Translations under genes and position numbers: made by a program
Shown: one piece after another, positions 51,151 through 62,859 of the stretch
Numbering within the stretch: the first letter of the stretch is position 1
Layout of the letters: every line of letters starts with the position of its first letter
Origin: Lama guanicoe
Taxonomy: Eukaryota
Assembly (NCBI GenBank): GCA_013239625.1
Contig: MU054187.1
Span: 10,809,231-10,873,230 of the forward strand
Direction of reading: 5' to 3'
Length of the DNA stretch: 64,000 bases
Notes under the pieces: model-generated
What the model was told of the DNA's origin: nothing
Database searches by the model: none
What the model saw: only the letters and a program-made list of their open reading frames with translations

Positions 51151-53339
51151 AAAAAAAAAAAACAAAGGAAACTCAGAGGGAAGCTCTCAAATTAGAATTC
51201 TGATCTCAGAACATCAGAGATGTTAGAAGATATCCCTGATAGAATTTTCGATGAACCTACTCTCATGAGCATGCTCCTGAGGTCAGAATACCCCCACGGA
51301 ACACGAGGTGAGGGTGACACAAAGGGAAGCATTGTGGCAGCCCGGTGGCAGACATCTGGTGTCTCAGATGCTAAGGGGTCACATGGCCTCTGCAGATGGA
51401 GAACGTGCGCGTTGGATCTCATATGGCCCACAGATTGGCTTTCTGACTCTATTCTAATGGCTGGAATTTTTTTTATATGTATGAAATAAGAGGGTGTTTA
51501 TTTTAAAATGATTTTATAGGGAATGTCTTTATCCTTTAAACAAAGGATCCATGTGCTTTGGAAGAATGGTTGAATTATAAGGGCATGAACTTTGCATTGA
51601 AAATTCATCTGTCTATTTTCCTAAGTACAAATCTTGGGAAATCACAGGAACTTAAACAGATTCAACCTGCAGTTCAGAAGTTCAGATAATACGTAGGTCA
51701 AACTAGTGTGTGTGTGCATGCGCACGCACGTACTGATAAAGGAAATTTAAATGGGTCTTTCCCTCATTATTTTGGCATCCAAGGAAGAGCCCCAAAGGGA
51801 CTCTCTTTGCTAGAAAATTGATATGGTAAGAGCAATTTTTCTCGTGTTTCAGATAATACCTTTAAACCCATGTTAAGCCTTAAAGTAGTGTAACTACTAG
51901 GCAAGAGTAACTTCATTCCTGTTTCTTGTCACAGTCTGACAGCCGGTAGCGTGCACGTATTAGTTCTAACTTTGTTTATACTGATCAAAAAAAATGAAGG
52001 TGATGAATACTTTACTTGAAAACCAGAAAGTTTTTTCTTCCCACAACTAGTTAAGATTTAAGCACTTTTGAATTATGTCCTTCCCTTTTTTCCTTACCTA
52101 CTTTCAAGAAAATTATTTTGACCCAATTGTGCTAAGGTAATTTACAAAATTCAAATTGGTGTTAATTGTTTTTAAAATTTTAAATTTTAAATTGAAAGTC
52201 TAAGCTAGAAGAGATTTAGATACCTTTAAAAGCCAAGCTTCAGGTGGCTGTTATTGTTATTGTTACTATTATTAGTTGAGTTTCCCCTCATACTCAAAAG
52301 AATGAAGGTCAGATTGCTTATAGAAAATAAAGATGCTCCATTTTTCACCCATGTTAATTGTAGTTAGTTTTGGAGCCCATCTGCATGTGTTTTGGAGGCT
52401 ATGAATAAACCAAACCTCCTGAAGTGGAGTGTTGTGTTAGGAAATAGTGATCCATAGAGTAAGAGAAATATAAATATTTGTCTGGATGTGGGAGCACCAA
52501 TATATTGAAGTTGGATCTGAAAATATGTGCAGTAAGAACATATGAAATAGTGCTCTAATTTCAAAAGTTCCAGAAGATGAACCCCAGAAGAAATGCTGGA
52601 TGAGTTTTCTTCTGGCTCTGGCTCTGTGAAGCCGTGGCTGTAGTCCCTCTGGAGAGTCTGAGCTGGGACAGTGTGGAACGTTGTGGGTCATGCAGTGCTT
52701 TAGGACTACAGCAGTGTGTATAAGCACGCACGCATGTGTGTGTGTGCGGGCGCGGGCGCTTAAGCGTGTATTTGCACGTGTCTTCTATGAGAAGCTGCTA
52801 CAGGCCGACTTCCATTTTGTTGTCAGAATGTGTTCATGAAAACCACATGCAGATCTGAGACTCACCACATAGATCGTATTTTTCCTACCCAGATAATGCT
52901 ATAATTTTGGTTTGAATTTAAGATGCATTATCAAATAAATCATGGCTGTAATCAATACTACAACTACAAAGGGAAAAATTCAAATATTGTAAACCTTTAT
53001 AATAATTTAAAATAGCAAAATTATATCATAATATTATGAACTGTGAATAAAAGCATTATATACAACGATTATAGATGAGATTCCAAAACACTATAAACTG
53101 TATGTGATATACTTACAGACAGCTTAGCTTTATTTTATATATAAAAGAGACTCAACAAATGATGGTTTTCCTCTAAAATTTGGCATTAGAGAGTAGTATC
53201 TTATACATGGAGTTAGCTCGATGCAAGTTTACTGAAACATAGAAGGCAAGTGATAAAAATTTATATAACCACTAATTTGGGAAATCATTTGTTATAGGTA
53301 TTTGCATGTATATATAAAAGCTGACCCTCACTTCTAAAG

Positions 53340-53870
53340 TCAAACCAATCAAGTTTCAATTGCTGTCTCTTTCAGTTAATACTGTGTGCTTTGGGAAAGT
53401 CCTTTACACTTCCTAAGGGATTTTATCTATAATATACCTTAATAAAAATGCAGTTAATAATGACATGTGTATTATGTTGTTGGATGATTCATTCACTCAT
53501 TCATTCAACATATACCTGTTGAGCATCTATTGTGTTCCAGGTATAGGAAATGTGAGACAGTCTCTGCTGTCTTGAGAATTTATTCATGAAGAATCATATG
53601 GTGAACAAATAAATATAAAATGTAATTCCAGGATGTAACTGTTGTTCTGTATAAAGAATAATAGAATACTCTCTGTTAGATAGAATAGGTAAGGAAATCC
53701 CCTGTTAGAAGGTGATATTTAAGCAGAGACTTGAATGAAGGCAGAGAAGCACGGTGTAGTCATATCTCGGGGAAGGACACCCCAGGTAGAAGACACACCA
53801 GTGCAGAGACCTGAAGATGTCATCTATCTCGAATTGTTCATGGCACAGGAAGAGGGTAGGGTTGCTATGT
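53340..53870. mobile_element. MIR followed by antisense L2 3' end
   Basis: ctgtgtgctttgggaaagt (MIR); attcattcactcattcattcaaca...gagcatctattgtgttccagg...aaggtgatatttaagcagagacttgaatga (L2). Confidence 0.75.
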
Positions 53871-56800
53871 AAGGAATATATATCATAGTCAATCCATATA
53901 TTCTTAGATTTTTCTGTGTTTTTTTTCTTATCACCAAATACTCTTTTTTAGGAAACTCAAAAGTTTATGTAATGTAGGAAGTGAGAGGAGGTTCTTAGGT
54001 GGTTATCATGCCGCATGGCATGCTATTAAAGAACAGTTCCATAGAGGCAGCCATCCAAGAAAATGGAACACGTTGAAAACAATCTGTAAAATTTAATTTG
54101 GGGTGGCAGTGTTTTGTGGCTTGAAGTGTAAGGGATGAGAACAGCATGTGAATTCCAAGAAAGCAGCACAGAATGGAAAGTGGATTTACAGTGTGTCAGA
54201 CAGGGTGGCAACATCTTGTGGCATGTGGCTTGCATCTCAGTGATGGGAAAGGTATGTCCTGTGCCTGCTTCTTGCCTGTGGCACACCACAAGGGAGAGTG
54301 CGTTGGCAGCCGCAGCCAAAATACATCAGCAGCAATTTTAGTATATGACCTGCCATAATCATCTTCTTCTTTTTTTTTTTTCCTAAATCTGATTCTTTGA
54401 AACTTCATCCCAAAGGGCTGTGCATAAAACAGAAATAAAGGGAGACTGAAGGAGATAGGAGACAGCTTATGAGACTTAAAATGTCATTTTTAGACTAACC
54501 GTATTGGATTTAGGATCCCAGCAAATGTGACAAGCATAATAAAATACTTGTTTCTATTTTATTTTACTTTTTATGTGCCTTCAGTTGGTTAAAATTTGCT
54601 TCATTGAGAATATTGCATGATGAGGTGAAGAATCTCAATGTCACTAGTACACAGTTCAGAGGAGGGTAGCCAAGGACAAAGGAAATAAAAGGAAGGACAG
54701 ATGAAGCAAAAGAAGTCTCCTGTACTGAGTTGTAGGGAAGGGAGGGTACTATCAAAACTTAAGACTTAAGCAAAAGTGAAAATAGAACACAGGAAAAGAA
54801 AGAGGAAAGGAGAGTGCTGGAGATGTTAACCGCCAAGACTTGCTACACTTGAAATCCAAGAAAAAGGTAAACTGACAATAAATTCTGAGTTTAATTACTA
54901 ATGTCACATCAGTTTATTTTCGTGTATTTGTGCCATGTATGTGAAGTAAACTGGCTTCAGGCAGAGTCATTTTTACTGAAGATAAGTTTGGAGTATGGAT
55001 ACAGAAACTTTCGCATTGGGTCTAGACTGTAGCAATTAGTGTATGAATTTATCATGTTCTGTCTAAATGGATAATTTTGAGTTAGCAAATTACATTTTTA
55101 AAGCAGAAGCACTTGTCAAAATGAACTCAATTAATATGTGTGGTCTGCATCAAGAATAAAAATATCCAATTTGGTACAGAGTATAATTAGGTTTATGGTC
55201 ACAGTTCATTAGCAAGCAACAAATTGACACAATTCACATAGGAACTTCTCTAAATAGGACCTTATTTATTTAACACAGAGCCTGTGGGAACATAAAAATT
55301 AAAGAGGGTTTGTAGTTAGTTTAGGAGCAAAAAAAGTGTAAGTATGATGTATCACCTGTAGTGGCTGAAATAACGCTTACTGTAACATAATGGTACCTAA
55401 TAGGGTAAGCGATCATCCATAACTGAACCACTGGGATGAGAAATGCTTTTTCACTGTTGAGAGGTGTAAATTATATGAGTGCTTTGGCCAGAGATACATC
55501 CCAGAGGAATTACAATTAAATAAATATACTTTTGAATGTGGTTAAAAATGATGAGCTTTGCAAGATTTTGTAGTTTTCATAGTTGAAAAAAATAATGTAT
55601 TTTTACCCATCATCCTACAAAAATGAATAATTTACCTAATCCCAGTCTTTTAGATTAACCGGCCTTCCTTACATCTACACTGTGAACGCTGTGCTTGGTT
55701 TGCCTCGCTTCTGTTTTCCAGTTCTGTTCAGGAACACTTCTACTTAGCTCTTTGCTGATCTCCAGTCTATGGCCTCCCCCTTCCACCCCGCAAATCTGGT
55801 CCTTGGTACTACTCCCCCGACATTGTCTCTAGAGTTCTGTGTTGGTCACAAGGTATCCTCACTTCAGTCAGGGCTGTAGCCCAGCTTTCAGTCATTCCAG
55901 GCCAGTCTGTTGATACAACCCTACCTGACATGAATCCACATGCTGGGAATTTCAGTTATTTTTGTAAAAGAGAATTGTTCACGACATCTATCTGTCAAAC
56001 CTTCAGAGGGTGACAAAAGTTTCAGGAAAAAGTCGATTTTTATGTGTGTACAAAATATAATCTCTTGAATTTGTAGTAGGTGAAAACTGAGAAAAACATA
56101 GATGCTCTCTGATGCAGAAACCAGACTGAGTAATGTTTGGATTTGAATGTTAGGAACACTAGTATTTTCTTACAGATTGGAAGGAGAAAACCACTCCCAG
56201 ATGTCTTAATTTTTGTGACTAACAGAAAAGCCTTCATAATTTATGTAATGATGGGTTCAATTAACACAAGTCTTGTGATTCATTTTGCAGTCTAAGCTAC
56301 AAGTTCCAGCCTTTAAATTTTTACAAATGTTTGTGGTCATCATGTGTTTGGCTATTGATGGTTGAAGAAATTAAACAGGAACTGGTAGCTAACAAAAAAT
56401 ATCTCAGGAAGTTTCTTGTCCTTTTCAGTTAACAACAGAAGACAAAGAATATGTGTAAATTTAAATTTACATGAACATTTTCCCTAACTTAGTGGTCTGA
56501 TTATTTTCTTTGCTTGTTGATCTCATGTGGTCAAGGAAAGTAAATATTCTGTAACCTACTCTTACGTTTTTAAAAAGGGAAGCTTCAGACAGCATTTCAA
56601 TTCCACAAAACTTTTTTTTAATGCAATAGTAACTTAAATTTTTTTAACTAAATTTATTCTAAAAAATTACAGCCTATAATCTCTCATGTTTATCACTTTG
56701 TTCTTACTAGTTATGAATTTGTGTAAGCTGCGCTCTTCTGATACACTGAGAAAGAACACTGAACTCACTTTGTAGGCATGACTGTGGAGAGAGAACCAAC

Positions 56801-59169
56801 AGGAGCCTGGCCTTGCCGTCTGCCGTCCACCTTTCAGCCAGAATTTGTCCCAGCAAAGTGAATTATGTTTTTGTTCTCAAGTCTTTCTTTCCCCCTTTTA
56901 AGGAAACAGTATAGCCATCTCACATAACAAAAAAGTATTCGTAAATATTTTATTAAAACTTGTCTAATTTCATATATGTTTTCTTAACATTTGTTTTATT
57001 TTTAATAACTCACTCAGAATATATAACATCTGTTTAAAATATTTGACCAAATCGGCTCTACCAACGTAAATCAACAAACCAGTTGCAATGCAGGGAAAAA
57101 CTGCCATATAATTCTTGTGTAACCCATCACTGAATCACTGCAAAGGGGCTTATGTTTGGAAAGCTTTTAATTTTTGTTATACAGTTCCTAGAAACAGATG
57201 TGAAAATTCAGTCATATCCCACATTGTCTAGTTCAAGCAGCTGTAAATTATTTCATGGATTACACGTGAGTGAAATGAAAGTCCTGGGATTATTTCATCT
57301 AGGCAGCTGTTATTTCCTTAAATTAAATGAAAACAATTCTTTGCTTGATTGATTCTCGGTTATTTGGATTGCCTAAAGATACAGTGCTCGTGTCTTTAGT
57401 CATAAATGAGTTCATTTTTCTCAGTAGTCTCCCTGTGATTCAAAAGAGGCACCACAAGTTTGTAGGCTACCTTTAACAGTAAATTACTGCTGTGGGTTTT
57501 CTATTGTGGAAAAGAATAAATACGGTACTCTCTTCTTTTAAATATAATGTTCACATAATAGGTACATTTCACTTGTAAAGAAAGTTAGACACGAGAAGTG
57601 TCACTGCTTGATTTTAACTGCTGGGCTGATAATTCCATCCGTTTTCTCAGCCATATGGTCTACAGCTTCATTCCACGCTGCAGAGGTCCAGACTTGCCCT
57701 TCTAACTGTCTGCAAACACCCATGTGGGTATCTTGAAGATAGCGCCATCTCAGCACGTGTGAAGCTGAAGATACTCTCTCTTCCTGTGTTCCCCGAAAGT
57801 GGCGATGCAGAGAAACCTGCAAGGATTTTGCATTCAGTCCTTCACGACGACCTGTTCAATCTTCTTCTGAAATTAACCTCCCAACACATTTCTCTGTCTT
57901 GTTCTGCCGCTTCCTTACCCCAGACCCTCAGAAGCCGATACACGAGGTGCCAATGCAGGCGTCTTCCTGCCGCATCTCCCTGTGCCCAGTTTCCACTTCT
58001 CCAAATGGCTCTGGGCAAGTGCAGCAAATGAATTCCTTCAAAAACCAACTGTCCAAAAGCCAATTCCACATTAAGATCAATTTGTCAATTTGATTAACCA
58101 AGTTTATCAAATTATACAAAAATCTTCTCAAGACTAGTGTCTGATAAGGGCTCTGAGTGAAGCCTTACGGGAGCTCAAGGCTATTTGCAAGAAAAAAAAA
58201 GTCTTGTAGTCAGCAGATATCAAAGAATGCTTACCCTGTGCTAGGCACACTTCTAAGACGGTGAAATTACCATAGTAAATGAGAAAGGCTTAATTCCTAT
58301 CTTGAGTTACCACAAAAGCAGTTTCATAAATTTAGAAAATTGTTTATTTCAATAACTGTATCCATGATTATCTCTTTAAAACACAAGAGATAATCTTGAG
58401 AGATGACTCTATCTCCCGTGATCATCAGAGACTAAAGTCTTTTCCAGCATCACGCTCTGCTGTCCCTGGACGTCTCGGGCTGTAATCATGCTTGGCAGTC
58501 CCCCCACTACTATGTACCTTCAAATCTCTGCTTTTCATGTTCTTCCGTCCTCCATCCCTCTGCAAAGTCCTTTAGCACCTGGTCTGGCTTGTCTGCTTTT
58601 ACTCAACTGTTACCTAATTACTCAACTTTCTAATAATTCGTTTATCATTCAGGTTTCAGTTAGAAAACTGAAACTAATCTACATAATTAAAATGGACTAG
58701 TGTCAAGTGCTAACACACAATAGCTGGCAGTTTTGTCAGTTTGTTTTTAACTTCAGTTAATTGATTTTTCATCTACTTTCCACAAACAATAAAACATGTA
58801 TTTTTGTTTTGGTCTTGGATAGAGCTGATCACATTACATTATTGTTATCTAAGCTTCTTAACTAGACATAAACGTCACTATAAAGTTTGATTTCAAAGTA
58901 TCAAAATAGAACAAGTATATTTTTAAAAATCCTCATCAGATTATTTTTACATAATCTTTCTCTACTGCTGTTACCTTAAGAACCATAAGATTCCTTGACA
59001 AAATACTATTCCTGGTTGATTCAAAGAAATTGCTAGTTGGCTAGAGTCTCTCCTTAATATACTGACTTTGTATCTACTTACAATTAAAGATGATATATCT
59101 ACCTTATCTACAGCACGGGGCTGGATGTTTTGGGGGAATATCTTGGAGAATAGTTTACTTAGGAGAGAC

Positions 59170-59240
59170 ACACAAAAAGAGAGAAGGAAGGACTGAAGGG
59201 AAGAAAGGAGAGAGGGAAGAAAGGAGGGAGGGAGAAAGAC
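59170..59240. repeat. GA-rich low-complexity tract
   Basis: aagagagaaggaaggactgaagggaagaaaggagagagggaagaaaggagggagggaga. Confidence 0.8.
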
Positions 59241-59583
59241 TCATGCAATTGATGTTAAGGTTCTAAGTTTTCTGTATTTAAAATACATTTCTGACATTTG
59301 CTCCCTTGACTTCCCCAGTTTTGAGAATTCCCTGGACAGGATCTTACTCAAATTTGTTAATTTGTTTTTCTCCCTCTCTTTCAATTTATGTAAATTTTCC
59401 AAAATGTTCTAAGTTTAGGCATTTGTTTTTCTCTTGGTTAATTCTAGATACCTGCTCCCTTTAATAAAGTTATTAAGGAAATGAAGCTATGGAGACCTCG
59501 ATTTGTACTTTATTTTTGTTTTTTATAAACTAAATATAGATTATTGATATCCATTCATGACAAAACAGGATGCAAGATTCTTT

Positions 59584-61059
59584 TCTAAAATTATTTTGAA
59601 CTATTATATATGTTTGAGGTGTATAGCATAATAGTTTAGCATCTGTGTGCACTACAGAGTGATCACCACAAGTCTAGGCACCATCTGTCACCATACAGTT
59701 GACCCTCTTCACTCATTTGGCCTAGCCTCAACCATCTTACCCTCTGTTACCACTAATCTGTTCTCTGTATCTATGAGTTTGTTTTTGTTTCATTTGTTCA
59801 TTTTTTAGATTTCACATGTAAGTGAAATCATGTGGTATTTCTTTTTCTCTCTCTGGCTTGTTTCACTTAGCATAATACTAACAGGGCCCATCCATGTCTT
59901 TATAAATGACATGATTTCATTATTTTGTGGCTGAGTGGAAACCCATTGTGTATATATACCGAATCTTCTTTATCTGTTCATCCATTGGTGGACATTTAGG
60001 TTGTTTCCATATCTTGGCTATTGTAAATAATGCTACATTGAACATAAGGTGTATATATCTTTTTGAATTAATGTTTTCTTATTCTCTGGATAAATACCGA
60101 GAAGTGGAAGAGCTGAGTCATATAGTATCTCTGTTCTTAATTTTTTGAGAAATATTCATGCTGTTTTCCACATTGACTGCACCAGTTTACAGTCCCACAA
60201 ACAATGTACAAAAGATTCTCTTTTCTCTCATCTTTTCCAAATTATCTTTTCAACAGTAGCCATTCTAACAGGTGTGAGGTGAAATCTCATGGTTTTGATT
60301 TATGTTTCCCTGATAACTAGTGATGTTGAACATCTTTTCATGTGTCTGTTGGCCAATTATATGTCTTCTTTGGAAAAATGGCTATTCAGATTCTCTGAGC
60401 ATTTTTTACTGGGTTATTTGTTTGGGGGTTTTTTGGTTATTGAATTGTATGAGTTCTTTATATAGTTTGGATCTTAATCGTTTACTGGGTATATGATTTG
60501 CAAATATCTTCCATTCAGTAGGTTGCCTTTTTGTTGTGATGGTGGTTTTTTCACTGTGCAGAAGCTTTTCAGTCTAATGTAGTCCTATTTGTTTTTGCTT
60601 TTGCTTCCCTTGCCTTTGGAGTCAGATCCACAAAAACATTGCTGCACCCTGTATAAGTAAGGTTAGCACCTGTGTTTTCTCATAGGACTTTTGTGCTTCC
60701 TTGTTTCACGTTCAAGTCTTTGATCATTTAGAGTTAATTTTTGTGTGTGATGTAATACAATGGCCCAGTTACACTTTTTGCTTGTGGGTGTCCGGTTTTC
60801 CCAGCACCGTTTATTGTGCTTCCTCCTGATTGTGGGTCCCTGCAGCTGGGTGTGGTGTTTTCCTTGGTGAGAGTGTGTCTCTGCCTCTCCTGCCCATCTC
60901 AGTGCTGTCCTTTTACCCTTTGTTGTGGAGATGCTCATCATCCAGTTTTCAGATTCCGTTCAGAGGGAATCACTCCATATGTAGTTGTAGGTTTGTTGTT
61001 TCCATGGAAGGAGGTGGATTCAGGGTCTTCCTGTGCCGCCATCTTGAATTGTCACCACC
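59584..61059 (-). mobile_element. L1 (L1MA9/artiodactyl-type) with its 5' tip joined directly to late ORF2 and the 3' UTR
   Basis: 3' UTR and ORF2 C-terminus at 59584-60816. 5' UTR start at 60817-61059 with YY1 motif CAAGATGGCGGC (61035-61046). Candidate TSD agattcttt/agatacttt. Confidence 0.8.
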
Positions 61060-61869
61060 AGATACTTTACAGTTGTGTCACCCTTTAGAGCTTTGCAAGT
61101 ACTCGGCAGTTACTAGTGACCTTGCTTGACAGAATGAACGCTGGTGAAGAAGAATGAATAGCTTTTAGAGCAAGGCCTCTCCTAAGTTGCTGAGGTAGCT
61201 GCAGGTGTAGCACCTGAAGTCCCCAGTGCACCTGCCAGTGAATTCCAGCAGGCTTCTTAGTTTAGGATTTTTTTTTTCTCCTATGTTGTGATAATTACTC
61301 TAAACTGAAAAAAAAGGGGGGTGGGGATGATACACAGATGAGGAGGAGTGACTAGGCAGTCTTCAAAAAGCCTTATGAAATACACTCCTTCAATCTGCAA
61401 GCAAAAGGTGAATTCTGGCATGGAATTTATAACTGTTCATCAGAACACAGTCACAAAGTTCATGCTCTGTTACTTTCTCTACATATGTCAAGCAATCTAC
61501 AAATACTTAGATAATTATCATGAAGGTCCTTACTAGTAGAGGAGTGATATAGAGGCAACTAGATCATGGAGGGTTTTGGTCTCTGAACATGTCCTTAAAA
61601 GTAAAAGGTGGCTGTCATGTCTGGGCTCCCTAACCCAGAATAAACCACATCATGTCTTCATGTCAATATGAAGTATAACTCAGTACTCACCTCATTAATA
61701 AGTCAGTGTGGTGTGCTTTGAAGCTCCAAAAATAAAATTGAGGAAGCAACTTTCAGGTCTAATTTATAACAATATGGCTGCCCAAAGATTGCTGCTTCAT
61801 TTAAACAAATAATTTTCTTTTAAACATTCAATTTCCTTTTTTAAACAGTATCTGATATACCCTCAATCC

Positions 61870-62206
61870 ATCATAGAATTGTAATGACAATGTTTGAGAG
61901 AAGCTTAGATTTGGATTAAGCTGGAGAGATATTTAGTACAATGCTTCTGCAGAATTCTAAATCATCTGCCGTGATTATTCAGCCTCTGCTGAATATTATT
62001 ATTAAACACTTCCAGGGATGGGATGCTCACATCTCCCACACAGCGCTGTGCAATATACCTTTGAAAATCTATAAATGTTGGAAGGTTGTTATGTTGACTC
62101 AGAAATGTTTTTTCCTCTCCTTAGACCCATTCCTTCCCTGGAGCTTCTGGGGAACTCTGATATCTCTTCTGTATGACAGACCTTTAGATAACTGAAGGTT
62201 GCCATT
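61870..62206 (-). mobile_element. L3/CR1 fragment, interrupted by the ERV
   Basis: cttccagggatgggatgctcacatctc...tgttggaaggttgttatgttgac...ctcttctgtatgacagacctttagata. Confidence 0.6.
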
Positions 62207-62667
62207 TGTGGAAATAAAGGAAGGCCATCAAAATGGGAATAAGCAAAGGCTATTTATTCAGAGCTTTTTATAGCAGAGGAGTCAGCCACCATCCACTTGC
62301 ATTTGACAGAGACCCAAAGGTAGGGAAGTGGAAATCTTTATAATGTGAGGAAAAAAAAAAAAAAGGAAGGCTTTTGAGGTATGTTCTCCTTGGAAGTTGT
62401 TGGCACGAGGAAACTGGAGGCAGGCTTACCGGAAGCAGATTTCCTTCTGTGTGTAGCTTGGGGAGCAGATTTGGCTATCTCTGCTCGGTTCTGAGTTGGG
62501 CAAGAGGAGGGAATCTGGCCTCTGTTAACCAAGTCCTGAATGTTTTGGGCCAGCTGCTACGGAGGTCGTGATTTGGCTTCACTGTTTCTATCAGACGTTG
62601 TGGGTCAGTCAGTGTTCTAATGTCATGTATGATCTTTCCATTGTCTTTTTGTATATTCAGTCTCTCA
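62207..62667 (-). mobile_element. ERV 3' LTR (461 bp)
   Basis: Minus strand reads TGAGAGACTG...TTCCACA with AATAAA near its 3' end. Directly preceded by polypurine tract TAAAAGAGGGGAC (62668-62680). Confidence 0.85.
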
Positions 62668-62859
62668 GTCCCCTCTTTTAGTCATTCTCTCCCTTGCTGG
62701 AAGTTGGCCAAAACACAAGACTAGAGATCCACATCTTTGCTGTTCGATGACTGTTCATAGTCTCCATAGTTAGTTGTATCACAGGAGCTTCTTAATCTTT
62801 TTGATGTTGTATTATCACAGTGATCATCTGACGAGAGAGCGGCTGTCTAAGAGCGTCTA

